Part shown: positions 40,269-52,353 of the stretch, piece by piece
Numbering within the stretch: the first letter of the stretch is position 1
Layout: every line of letters begins with the position of its first letter
DNA from: Styela clava
Taxonomy: Eukaryota
Direction: 5' to 3'
NCBI RefSeq assembly: GCF_964204865.1
Contig: NC_135250.1
Coordinates: 930,001-994,000 of the forward strand
DNA length: 64,000 bases
Notes under the pieces: model-generated
Seen by the model: the letters and a program-made list of their open reading frames with translations, nothing else
What the model was told of the DNA's origin: nothing
The model's database searches: none
Made by a program: the position numbers and the translations under genes

Positions 40269-41117
40269 CTGAGAAATAGAAATAGTAGGCTTTATAAATT
40301 CTGGTAACGCTTAGATTATTTTAACTGCTCTGACTTCTATTAGCGCGCAACAAATACTATGAAATCGGACTTCAGTAGAACGAGACGACAGTCTATAGGT
40401 AGATGCAGGTGTTTTGTAGATTTGATATATTTGTAGATTTCTTTCTCACTAGTTGAATTGAGTGAAGAAATAGGGGGACAGAATGAAAGTGAGAGAGAGC
40501 TTTGCGTAAGCTGATAATTGTTAGACAAAATATCCATATTATATACTTAAGCTTATTTTCCGTCAGTGGAAATTTTAAAATATGAAATGAATATTATCAG
40601 AACCAGACTGTGGAAAGTTCTATTTATTTGCAACGTGTACTAGGTGTGATAATTTCCGTTTGCACAAAATTGGAACCCATAATCACTCGGCACACAGAGC
40701 AATTTATTATTACTTAAATATAAAATATCTTGAAGAAAAAAATGAATTATTACAATATTTATAACTTTTTATCAGCAACAGAGATGACCTAATAATACAG
40801 GCCTATGAGGCATATGCTGAACCTTTTTTGCTAAGGCTCTCAAGCACTATGATAACAATTTATTTGTTGACATGCTTTCTCATGTCTGATGTAGGTATGA
40901 AACAGCATTAGCTACCGGATCCGCAGATTTTATTAAAATAGTATAACGATTGTGATGGAAGTTGGGAAATAATTCCAATATTTGAATTTTAATATTATGA
41001 ATATCGAATCAATTTGTTAAATAAAAACCACATCATAAACCAAAATTTTGAATCATGTGTATATCTGCGATATATTTACTATAATCCTGATCTGTATATA
41101 AAAATAAAATGACTTAC

Positions 41118-41129
41118 CACTCGGACCAG
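41118..41129 (-). CDS. 12-nt microexon CTGGTCCGAGTG
   Basis: Minus strand reads aaattacttttcag|CTGGTCCGAGTG|gtaagtca: consensus acceptor and donor, frame-preserving length. Confidence 0.65.
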
Positions 41130-42212
41130 CTGAAAAGTAATTTTCATTGGTTGAATTTTAATAATATAAACTTCTACTTTTAATCTATTAAACTTAACGT
41201 AAATCCCAACTCGTGAAACTCTCGGATACTAGAACGCAAATTCAATGTTTCATCTATGGCAGACATTTCATTGTATAATTTTGATAAATTTATGATATTT
41301 TCATGAGTGCAACTACTTTTCTTGTTATAGTTGAACTAGGTATGTCTGAGGAAGTCTGACCTTGGTCAAACAAAACGTTACAGAAATATGTTCGTGTGCA
41401 GCAAGACTCTTGAGTAACTTGAAATACTATGAAATCTGGACTTCAGTAGAACGTGACGACAGTCTATCGGCAAAGGCAGGTGTTGATATATTTGCACATA
41501 TATTTCTCACTAGTTCAATTGAGTGAAGGAAGTAGGAAACAGAATGGAAGTAAGACGAGGCTTTGCGTAAGTCGATAATTGATAGACAAAATATCCATAT
41601 TATATACTTAAGCTTAGTTTCCGTCAGTGGAAATTTTAAAATATGAAATGAATATTTCCAGAACCAGACTGTGGAAAGTTCTATTTATATGCAACGAGTA
41701 CTAGGTGTGATAATTTCCGTTTGCACAAAATTGCAACCCATAATCACTCGGCACACAGAGCAGTTTTGTGAAAAACTGTCTTGAATTATTGTTAAATATA
41801 AAATATCTTGGAGAAAAAAATGAATTATTACAATATTTATAACTTTTTATCAGCTAATTAATTCATACTTTTACAGAGATAACCTAATAATACAGGCCTA
41901 TGAGGCATATGCTGAACCTTTTTTGCTAAGGCTCTCAATCACTATAATAACAATTTATTTGCTGACATGCTTTCTCATGTCTGATGCAGATATGAAACAG
42001 CATTAGCTACCGGATCCGCGGATTTTATTAAAATAGTATAACGATTGTGATGGAAGTTGGGAAATAATTCCAATATTTGAATTTTAATATTATGAATATC
42101 GAATCAATTTATTAAATAAAAACCACATCATAAACCAAAATTTTGAATCATGTGTATATCTGCTATATATTCACTATAATCCTGATCTGTATATAAAAAT
42201 AAAATGACTTAC

Positions 42213-42224
42213 CAATGGGTGTCT
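42213..42224 (-). CDS. 12-nt microexon AGACACCCATTG
   Basis: Minus strand reads aaattacttttcag|AGACACCCATTG|gtaagtca, at the same position in the next ~1.09-kb unit. Confidence 0.65.
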
Positions 42225-45200
42225 CTGAAAAGTAATTTTCATTGGTTGAATTTTAATAAGATAAACTTCTACTTTTAAACCTATTGAACTTAACGTAAAT
42301 TCCAACTCGTGAAACTCTCAAATACTAGAACACAAATTCAATGTTCCATCTATGGCAGACATTTCATTGTATAATTTTGATAAATGTATGATATTTTTAT
42401 GCGTGCAACTGCTTTTCTTGTTATAGTTGAACTAGGTATGCCTGAGGAAGTCTGACCTTGGTCAAACAAAACGTTACAGAAATATGTTCGTGTGCAGCAG
42501 GACCCTTGAGTAACTTGAAATGCTATGAAATCAGGACTCAATTAGAACGGGACGACAGTCTATCGGCAAAGGCAGATGTTTAAATAATTGTACATTTCTT
42601 TCTCACTAGTTGAATTGAGTGAAGGAAGTAGTAAACCGAATGGAAGTGAGGGGGGGGGGGGCTGTGCGGGAGCTTATAATTGATAGACAAAAATATAAAT
42701 GGTATATACTTCAGCCTATAAACTTAAAATATAGAAAAAATTTAAAAAAATGAAATGAATTGTATCAGAACTAGATTGTGAAATGTTTGATTTATTAACA
42801 ACGTGTACTAGGTGTGCTAATTTTGCGTTTGTACAAAATTAAAACCCATAATCACTCGATGCACACAGCAATTTCGTGAAAATATATCTTGCATTATTAC
42901 TTAAATATAAAGAATATTTGGAGAAAAAAAATAACTTCAATATTTTCAACTTTTTGTGAGCTATTCCATACTTTTTACAAAGATGACCTAATAATACAGG
43001 TGCTATACTTTACTAAGACTTTTTTCATTTACGATAAAGTAATCACAATATAAATTAATACCAAATCATTTGCTGACATGCTTTCTCATGTCTGATTGAG
43101 GGTATGAAACAGCCTTATCTCCTGGATCCGCAGACTTTATTAAAATAGCATATTGGAAGTTGGGAAGTTATTTCAATATTTGAATTTTAATGATTTGGTT
43201 TCTGCGAGACTAATTACTTATCCTTCTTCTATGCTTTTGTGCCGGTAGATCCGCATCCGTATGAGTGCTAGGATGCTGTAGCGAGAGTAAAAATAACTAT
43301 CCTGAGTGATACAAGAGTCTTGCTGCACACTAACACAAAGTAAATTCCCATTTTGAACCAATTAAATAAAAGCAAATTCCAAAACATGAATCTCTCGGGT
43401 ATAACTTAACGCAAATTCAATGTTTTATCTGCGGCGGACATTTCGCTGTAATATTACGGTAGATATCAAGTCAAATTGCTTGAGTTGTGATACAAATGGA
43501 ATTTACTCATATTCTGAATTCACTCGTATTTATTCCACAATCTCCACTTCATATAAATTCGAAATAATTTTAACATTACAGTATTGTTAACCTAAAACGT
43601 ATCTACATACTACCAGTTTATTTACTAAGGCTACTGATAAAAAATAAGTTTTTTTGCAAATTGATGCAAATTTAAAATCGTGAATCTGCGAAACCACCAA
43701 ATGCGAATGAAATATGTTAAAACTGTGTGAACATTATATTGTATGATTTTGATGAATACGAGATAGATATTGGTTCCAGGCATTGACAGAAAAGGCGTAT
43801 GCTCGTATTTTAAATTGACTTTTTCATTTTGCAACCTATGCTTCACACATGAGAGATATTTCTTTTCATCTCAACTAGGCGATTGATTGTTCGAAATAGT
43901 CAGCTTTGAAATTTCGATGCATTTAACAATCTCAACGCTGTTCTCATAGCTGAGTTACGATGACCAATTTGCGGAGGTTTCAATTGTTATTATTTAATAC
44001 AAAAGTAACACGGACACATTTTAAAATTAAAATCGTGAAAAAGTCTATTAGCTTGATAAATATCGCATCCCGAGGTCAGTAATGATATTATTGTTCGTTT
44101 AAAATTGGGACCATAAATTACAAATTATGATATGGAAAATCAAATCCTACGCAAAAGATAAAAATAGGAATGAAATTAATTTGGGTTGTTAATAGCTGTT
44201 TTTATCATCTTCGCCGATGTAAACTAACAGTTGTGCCGCCTGAACGGAATATAAAAACAAACTACGATGTTTGCCGTTGCGTAAGAATTAATATCGGGAA
44301 ATAACTAGCTTATTTATGAAACAATCGAGAGCGACATGGTTACCGTTAATCACGTATTGATTAATGGTCGACAATGAGTAGAAATGGGACGAGCAAAATA
44401 TTCACCAAACGACGTCTGGTGGAGAAATCATATTAAAATAATGCGTAATAGTGTATGAGTGTACTTTATCCTTTCATATGGACGGAATAATATTTACAAA
44501 ATAACTCACAAAATCAAATAGCTCGATCTTCATGTTGCTGATCTAGAAATATAACATCATTATTTGAAATCCCCTTTGATAAACAAAATTTCTGGTTCTA
44601 ATTTATTTATAATAATAATATTGCTGGTTTTGTAACTTTACACAACAAGAAGCCTGAATCCTGACTACATATAGTATATCTGTTAGAAAGGTTAACAGGT
44701 ACCAACAGCTGGAGTGTCGTAAAATGTTTCATATGTCATTCTTGGCGGCCATCTGGGTACAAAATATCACGCCAACCCGTTGTTTCATATCACACTGCCA
44801 AATTATACAGGAAATATCCCGAAATGGCGTACAGTTGAAAAGTCATATTCGCTCACGATATCTATCGCCTCGGTATCATTTTGCAGAGCTCAAAATGAAT
44901 ATGAACCACCACAAACAGGAGATTCAACTTTCATAACCGGGAACTCACGACAGCGTAAACACCCTGATCAAGTATTTTGTTTGATAGAGTATTTTCTAGA
45001 ATATCATGTGTTATTGTGATAATTTCCAAAATCGAAACTTACATCAATTACTTTACACTTACCTTTGAAACTTGATTATACCCCCCATTTATAGTATGTG
45101 GTATCATCACTCAGGGGTGTTTTATTTACGTCCAAATTCTTAATTTTATTATTATGTATTTCCCAGTTGAATCATACATGGCCAGATAGGTCATCATCAG

Positions 45201-47091
45201 ACGAACAATCACTAAATTATAATTAAAGTGATAGGTCTTATCAATGACCTTTCATTTCAGTAACTCATTGTTATTTAATCAAGAATTCGCCCATTTTATT
45301 GTGCGTACCTCCCATAGTTTTACACTGATGGTTTAAATATGCATGCACTGCCTTTCGTGTTTTAAGAAGTCTGACACAGAAATATATTTGTGTCAATGTG
45401 CAGCAAGACTCTTGAATCACTTGGGCTAATTACTCTAATAGCTAAATAAAAAAGCATTCCAGTGTGCAATGGACATGGAAATACGGCGTTTCAAAAATAT
45501 TCCCAGACAAAAGGGCTAGGCAAGTAGACAAGGGATTATTGTTTCAAACCAGGAGTAGCAACCCAAAGACGATTCACTGAATTATAGTAAAAAAAGGCTG
45601 TTTTGACGAATAATTCACAATTACTTGTTTAATAAGCCTATAATTTAATTATAATTAGACGAATAGCAACAAAACGAAAGAAAGTTGAGGCTAGGTGCAA
45701 AGGGTTCAAAGACGCCGAAAATATTCAAATGGATCAACTTAAATGTCATTTGTAAAACTTTTTTTTAAAGTCGAGTTTACGAGTTGGGCAGTTCTGGCGC
45801 GCTGTTAAAATTAATTTTGATCTGTGTGAACTGTGATTCATCGGCCATCCGTTCGGTTTTTAACATTTTGAGAATATGTGCGGCCCGCCAATGACTTGCA
45901 ACCCTTAATTTTGGCCCGCGAGCAACAAACGGTTGCCCACCCGTTTACGAATGATGTAGAATAGAGCTCAACTCACTTCTACTAATTACATTATGTCAAT
46001 GATTGGATGAAATACAACGTGTTTTACATTTTCTCTCTGACCAACAGACACAAACATGAACGCTCACCTTGAAAACTTCCAAGAAACCGGAAAAGCCATG
46101 ACGTTCGCAATTTTCACGCGGCTAATTTTAGTATAACCACTGGTAGTATGTTATATTGGTGGATGGCAAATATACTCGTATACTAGTGGGCTAACTATAC
46201 ACATTTCTGCCTATAAACCCACCACCACATTAAACTTCAAATTACCCTTTATCTCCGTGGTAAAACCCTATCGGCGTTTGTGGCCGTTTCGTATTTATCA
46301 TCAAGTACAGTACATTGTCTCTATTTACTTACTCAATGTGAAGGATGATTTTTTTTGTTCAAGTAATGTCAAATCAATAGGCTCGGTTAAATCGACGCAA
46401 CCTCGAGCTCGTCTTACATGAATTCAGTATGATCTGGCGTTTAGATGTTGTTACTGGTCATGTAAAAAAAAATTAGCCTTTAGCTGGAAAGTCGGCTCTT
46501 CTAACGATTGGCGTATTCGCGGCTATTGTTTTAGAAGTCGCTACATGGGAATTTCCCAGGAAGAAACGGGTATTACTGCATGCGCCTCTGAACCGCCGCA
46601 ATAATTATAATGTGTTGAATTGATTACTTCAGATGTTCTTGTAATTTAAGGAGCGGGAACACCGGAAAGCGATACATTGCATATTGGAATACAACTTTCA
46701 GCGTTAACATGTCCTTGAATAAAAGCTAACAGCCAAAATCCACAGGGCTATATACAAAATTAAATATACAAGGTTATTTGATAAAAACTTTGCAATATTC
46801 TATATTTTTGTACTCGGGGATTTCTGCGGCGAAACAAAAGATAACGTGAGCGTATGGAATTTTGTATATGCGGTATTTCGGCAATCATTTGCATTGACAT
46901 TATGACGTGATAGACGTAATTTTAATATTTAAATGACTTATTTCAATTGGTGTTAGGAATGACATATGCAAACATTGTTAGGTTACGATCACGCCCACTT
47001 TAAGTACCAGTGGAATTAACTATACTAGAAATGTACATGAGTGCAAATGTCCGTGAGTGCAAATAAAATAGAAAGTTCACATGATATTCAC

Positions 47092-50000
47092 CTTGATGTT
47101 TGATTTCCTCATTGAGTTTGTCAGAGATTGAAGGACACTAACAAACGATTCCCGAACCTCTCCAATTAACAAATACTGAAGTTTTGAGCAACGGCTCAAC
47201 ACCGATGCAATGATATCAGGGTCGTCACCGTAGCGAAATTCGATCTCCTTTATTTCATCATACTCAACTCTGTCACCGTATTTGTGAAGATCGATGAATA
47301 TCTGATTCGCTTCTTTACTATCCACGGTGAGTCGATGAATTCTTATCTGGATGAGAAGACGACAATGTTTAACTTTCTATGTGTTGCAATAACACAGACC
47401 ACGTTATTGGACAGTTATATTGTAGCCCACAACATCGCTAGAAAGTATCGCCGGTTTGTTGGAGGGGAATTTTTCCGCGAATGTATGTTGCAAGTTTTGA
47501 AAGTCATTTCTCCGGATATGAAAAGTAAATTTTCCGGCATCAGTCTTTCTAACAACGGGTAAATATCTTATGCACACACAGAATTATGAACCTCAACAAA
47601 TCAGAACTTCGATCCAGACAGACAGATAATTACTTGAATGCGTTATTGCGGATAGAATGTACCAAATACGAGCCACGTTCTGAACACCTTATTTCGAACC
47701 AACCCTAATTACACGTAGCCTATATTATACATATGCTATATACAAAAATACACAACTGAATTATGTTGAGATGTCGTTTTTTTATATTATATACATTGGG
47801 ATGGTTTTTGTGTAACGAAACAAGCCATAAGTAGCCATTTTGTCGTATGCCAGATGTACAAGCAACTTTATTAGTCACTATCTGTTGTAAATTCGTTGTT
47901 GATATTTGTGCTTGTTATTCCTCAGGTATCACCAACTATTATAAATATTAATTTGATTACATGACAAATTGGGATGCCAAGTGTATCTAAAATCAAGCTA
48001 GCATCTTTTTGTAGTGCTTAATTTTTATAATATTCTCCAGGCGCGCTCAAACCGTACCGTCGCGCCCTTTTTGCCGCTCCCCTTCTCTAGTCCGCGAATA
48101 TCCGTTTACTTAAATTTTGACCCGAGGTCGATAAACTTTGGGAACCTTAATGAATTATCCAGCCATAAATACATACACTCACAGAATTCATAGGTAAAAG
48201 TGGATGCCATTAAAGACTTATGAATCCAATTATTAGAGTATCTAGTCTTTCACGTTACCCTTAAACTATTTTTTTGGACTTTGAATTAGGGGTCTTTAGA
48301 ACCCCCGATATAGACTAAATATGGCAGAGTAATCGAGCGTAAAGATTCATGGCCTAAATTTTTTATTCAGCGAGTTTTTATATGTTATATTAAAACCTAC
48401 CGTTGTGTCAAAGTTTTCAAAAACGCACTCCAAATCCGGGATATGAATTTCATTCAAAGTGTTCAGTTGAACGGCATTAAAATGCAATTTTTCCTTGTAT
48501 TTGGTAAGCACCTTCAGAAGATTTAAGAAGATGCCACTGTCACCGATCGTTTGTTTGATGGTTGTAATGTTCACCTGTTAAGGATTATTTAATTTGTTGA
48601 GTTTAGAAACGAACGAATTACTTCAGGTCTTATTTGATTTACAAGTTTGTGTTTGTCGTGAAGCAGTCTTCGCCGAAGTAACCCAAAGTATCTCATGCCA
48701 CATTTATCAGATATGTTTTTTACTTTCTGTCGATATGGCCCATGGAATATAACGGGATTATTTCGTATCCATAAAAATGGCGAAATTTTCTCAAAATGTA
48801 CTATGTAGTAAAATAATTTCACAATGTCGTATCAATATAAATAGCATCATTGGTCGATGGCTAATACAAAGCTGTACGGAAAATGGCATGCGACATGGGT
48901 CATGTAAAATGATTTGAAAAATGAAATACTAATAATCAATTTTCTCCAACCTCAAAACATTTTTTAATAAAGCAAGCAGGAATATTCGAACTATATCTTA
49001 AATATAGATATACTTAAGATGATTTTACAACGGATGGAAAACAAAAATAACTCGTTATTTAGTATTTGACCATTTCAATACCGCATACTCAATTTTTTGA
49101 GATGAAACTAATTCAGAGATCTAAGTCGACGTGAATAACAAACACAAAAATTTAATCACCATAATCTGAGATTCAGCTAGAAAGCCTTTTAAATCGCTGA
49201 GTTGTTCTCCGTTTATCGACCCAATATCAAGAGATTTAACTCTATTGAAAAACTGGGTCGCACCGAAAACGACGTGGAAGTCCGCAGCCGAGAGTTGCAG
49301 TTTATTTAAGTTGATCAATTCCATTGGCGAATCAGCTACGATTTCTTTTGCGCTGTCACCGCATTGATGCAACGAATGCAAAAGTTCAAGAAGATCAGGT
49401 TGCTCAAGTTGTGGGTTTCGGAACTGTTCTTGAAAACTTTTCTTCAGAGCGTCTTGCTTCAATGTAAGAGAATATGCCAATGCTATAAAAACATAAACAC
49501 TTGAGCGAGATTCGTCGAAACAATTGATTATTTTGTTCATTTGTTATTTGACTTCACCTGTATTCTCTTTTTTCGCTTGTTCAGGTGTGGCATCTTGTTT
49601 AGCAAATTGTAGCGGTGTTGGTGTTCCCGCAATTGCTGGAAAAGGTTAAAATAAATTTATATTCATCTGTTAAGGTAACAAGCAGAGCTCAAACTTCCTA
49701 CCTGTAATGCTAACATCTTTGTATGTGCCGCTTACTGATGCACCAGACTCTACATATTGTGCTGCAACAATATGCTTCTTCTTTTCTGGTATTAAAAAAA
49801 AATACATGGTGAATAACTTAGTCGTCTAATTACCTTCGAACTCAAAAATCTGATAACTTTACCATTATTGAACAAACATCCATGGTAGATATTTGTGACT
49901 GGCGTTTGAGATGTGTTTTTTTCAGCGCTGGACGATAATATTTTGGAATCTGCAAATAAATATTATTGTTTTTGAATGTTCATGGTTTTGATATCTAAAA

Positions 50001-51819
50001 CAATATTTCGATGTGTTTTAATTAAAATATGGAATACCTGTTCTTAACAAACTGACTGACGGGTCGTTTCCCTCGACTAACCCGCGAGTATGATCGTTTA
50101 AAACGATTCCACTCGTTATTCTTCTAACCATGGACCAGTGTGCAGTATGAAGATCGTTCAGGAACTTTCGGAAGTCCTCGATTGTCATATCGATCACTTC
50201 CAAACTGGCCAGGGCCTCTTGAATGGTCTGATGACATAATATATACTTATAATTTCCTTCGACAAGCTTTTGATTTATTCCACTAGTGCCTGGATAACAG
50301 ATGACCAGATCTTGTAAGTTTTTAACTGTTATTTCTTTCGGTAAATCTTTCTTTGTGAAAGTGACTTGACCTTTTTTGGTTGCTTTGAAACATGTCGTCT
50401 TTAGAGGATGAATTACTTCTTCGTAGATATTTACCTTAGCGCGAGCGTGTTCGGATACTGTCATATCGCGTAACACAAGCACAAGAATTTCACTGAATGT
50501 TTTGGGTGGATTCTCTTTGTGTCTGGAAACTACTAGAATTGTGAATACTAAAAACATCGGTATGGTGCAGATGGGAATCAAAGCCGGTGCTTTCTCTCGT
50601 AAATGATTCCAGATTTCATCGCCGTCATCTCCCCCAAGCTGTTTGATGAGTATTTGTACCGATTCGTATGAAAAGCCTGATAAAGCAATGACTTTATCAG
50701 CTCGGACATCGCTATCGAAGTCTCTTATTCCATGTTCTCGAGACGAATACAGAAGACGGATTCCAGGAAGTAACTTCCCTGACAACAAACCATTCAGTAT
50801 ATCTGTTGGATTCATTTTGTCGCGGTGGGTAAAATTTCTTGTTTTCTTCCCCAAATCTTCTGCGTTTTCATATTGATCCGCCCCATCCAGCACTAGCAAA
50901 TATTTGTTTGGATTATTAGCGATCCATTCAATGCTTTTCGTTTTGTCACTTGGAGTCATGCTAAAGCTTCCTAATAGAAGACTTTCCAGAGTTAATTTTT
51001 TGTCTGCAGGAATGTCTCGAAAGTATATGTGCTGGATAACTTCAACTTCTTCTAGTCCTGGAATCGTTTTATCCATCACATCATTCGAAAATTTTTTTGT
51101 CATCTCGGTTTTACCATAACCAGCTCCTCCTATCAATGCGACTCTTCTAACATTCGGATTTTTGAAGAATTTGTCTGGCGAAGTATTTGTTCCCCCCTGG
51201 GCATGTTTAAGTGGACTAAATGATTTCTCGGGTTTGTATTCTCGTTCGTCGGCCCCAGTTTCGTAGAAATGAACTTTCACTAAAGTAGGCGTAACTTGAA
51301 AATCATGTTGCTTCAATCCTGCAATCTTAGAAGGCTTTGTATTTTTTCGAGTGGCCTCATTGACTTCTCGTTTTAGGTGTCGGACTGAAAATATCATTTA
51401 TTTGCTTTGAGTAAAAATGAACAACGAATGCAGTGTAAACATGTTTTGCGATACAAGCTGTCTCTACAAATAAAGAGGTAGGTAAAGTATGCAAGGTGGT
51501 GTCTTAGTTCGATAAAGAATATCTGGTGACGTTTATTAATTTTACTGCGATTAAATGGAAAAAGGATTTAAGTAAGGCTCGTCTAATAATATACTTATCA
51601 TGCATATTTTCTGTTTAAATCAGCAACTCACCGAACAAATCCCCTAAAAGTAAAGAACGAAACTTCACAACATGTTGTTTTAATCCATTTTCCCACAGCA
51701 GACTTAATAAAGGTGTCACCAACCCAACGATAACATTCCCTAAAACAAACGAAGAAAACTTTACGACATGTTGTATTAATCAAATTATCTCAGCAGACTT
51801 GAGAAAGATATTTACCCAT
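47092..51819 (-). CDS. NACHT-domain/LRR NLR-like protein, copy B (apparently intact; 3' end probably continues to lower coordinates)
   Basis: Exons reconstructed from GT-AG sites with consistent phases: 51819-51816 (ATG G), 51643-51632 (12 nt), 51384-50038, 49949-49863, 49785-49702, 49635-49558, 49482-49160, 48574-48401, 47346-47092. NACHT motifs: Walker A ALIGGAGYGKT, Walker B LLVLDGADQ, sensor-1 LYSSR, HD1 ICTIPMF, winged-helix CHQTIQEALAS. Later exons are LRR-like (INLNKLQLS, VKSLDIGSI, CSKLQYLLI). Confidence 0.85.
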
Positions 51820-52033
51820 TGTTTATTCCTCAGCGTGAATTGATCAATTTTATTGTAAACACTATTCTACCCTACTGGTTTTCAGCTAATTTCTGGAATA
51901 TAACACAAGGAAATAGTAAAGCTATGCACAATTATATGGACACGAGAAAAATAAAGTCTGTTACGGGTATACTACTGCTTAAGATTTGGATTCCGTTTTT
52001 TCACTGCTAACATATGAAATTAATTGGTCTAGT

Positions 52034-52353
52034 ATGGTGGCCCATCGTTGCCACGCGTAAAAAAATTTCAAAAACAAAATTTGAAAAAGAAAACTGAAAT
52101 AAATAAACGAAGTAAAAATAATAAAAATGCAAAAAAATAAAATAAAAAAAGGGTTTAAAATGAAAATAAAAAGGATGGCAACCATGGCCCGTCAACCTTT
52201 TCCATATTGATTTCAATTGTTATTTTCTATTTTTGGTTTCTATTTTTTTTGCATTATCATATTTTTAGCCCGTTTTTATTTTGCGAATATAATTTTTTTA
52301 TTTTGTTTTTGAGATTTTTTTTCGTTTTATGTGTGATAACGATGGGCCATCAT
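52034..52353. mobile_element. Foldback-type MITE, copy B only
   Basis: TIRs ATGGTGGCCCATCGTTGCCACGC / GTGTGATAACGATGGGCCATCAT, with complementary A-rich and T-rich arms. Confidence 0.75.

Larger units (their letters stand above)
40355..43200. repeat. Tandem array of ~1.07-1.10-kb units (two complete, one diverged and partial)
   Basis: Anchor 'ctatgaaatc(n)ggact..' recurs at ~40357, ~41427 and ~42523. Units 1 and 2 are highly similar. Unit fragments also occur at ~43385-43450, ~43311-43330 (inverted) and ~45367-45420. Confidence 0.92.

Noticed and set aside
44700-45019. Plus-strand ORFs / possible exon
   Set aside because: There is an in-frame stop after the acceptor, no recognisable homology and no partner exons.
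51979-52216. Phe-rich membrane-like ORFs
   Set aside because: They are translations of the T-rich arm of a foldback MITE.
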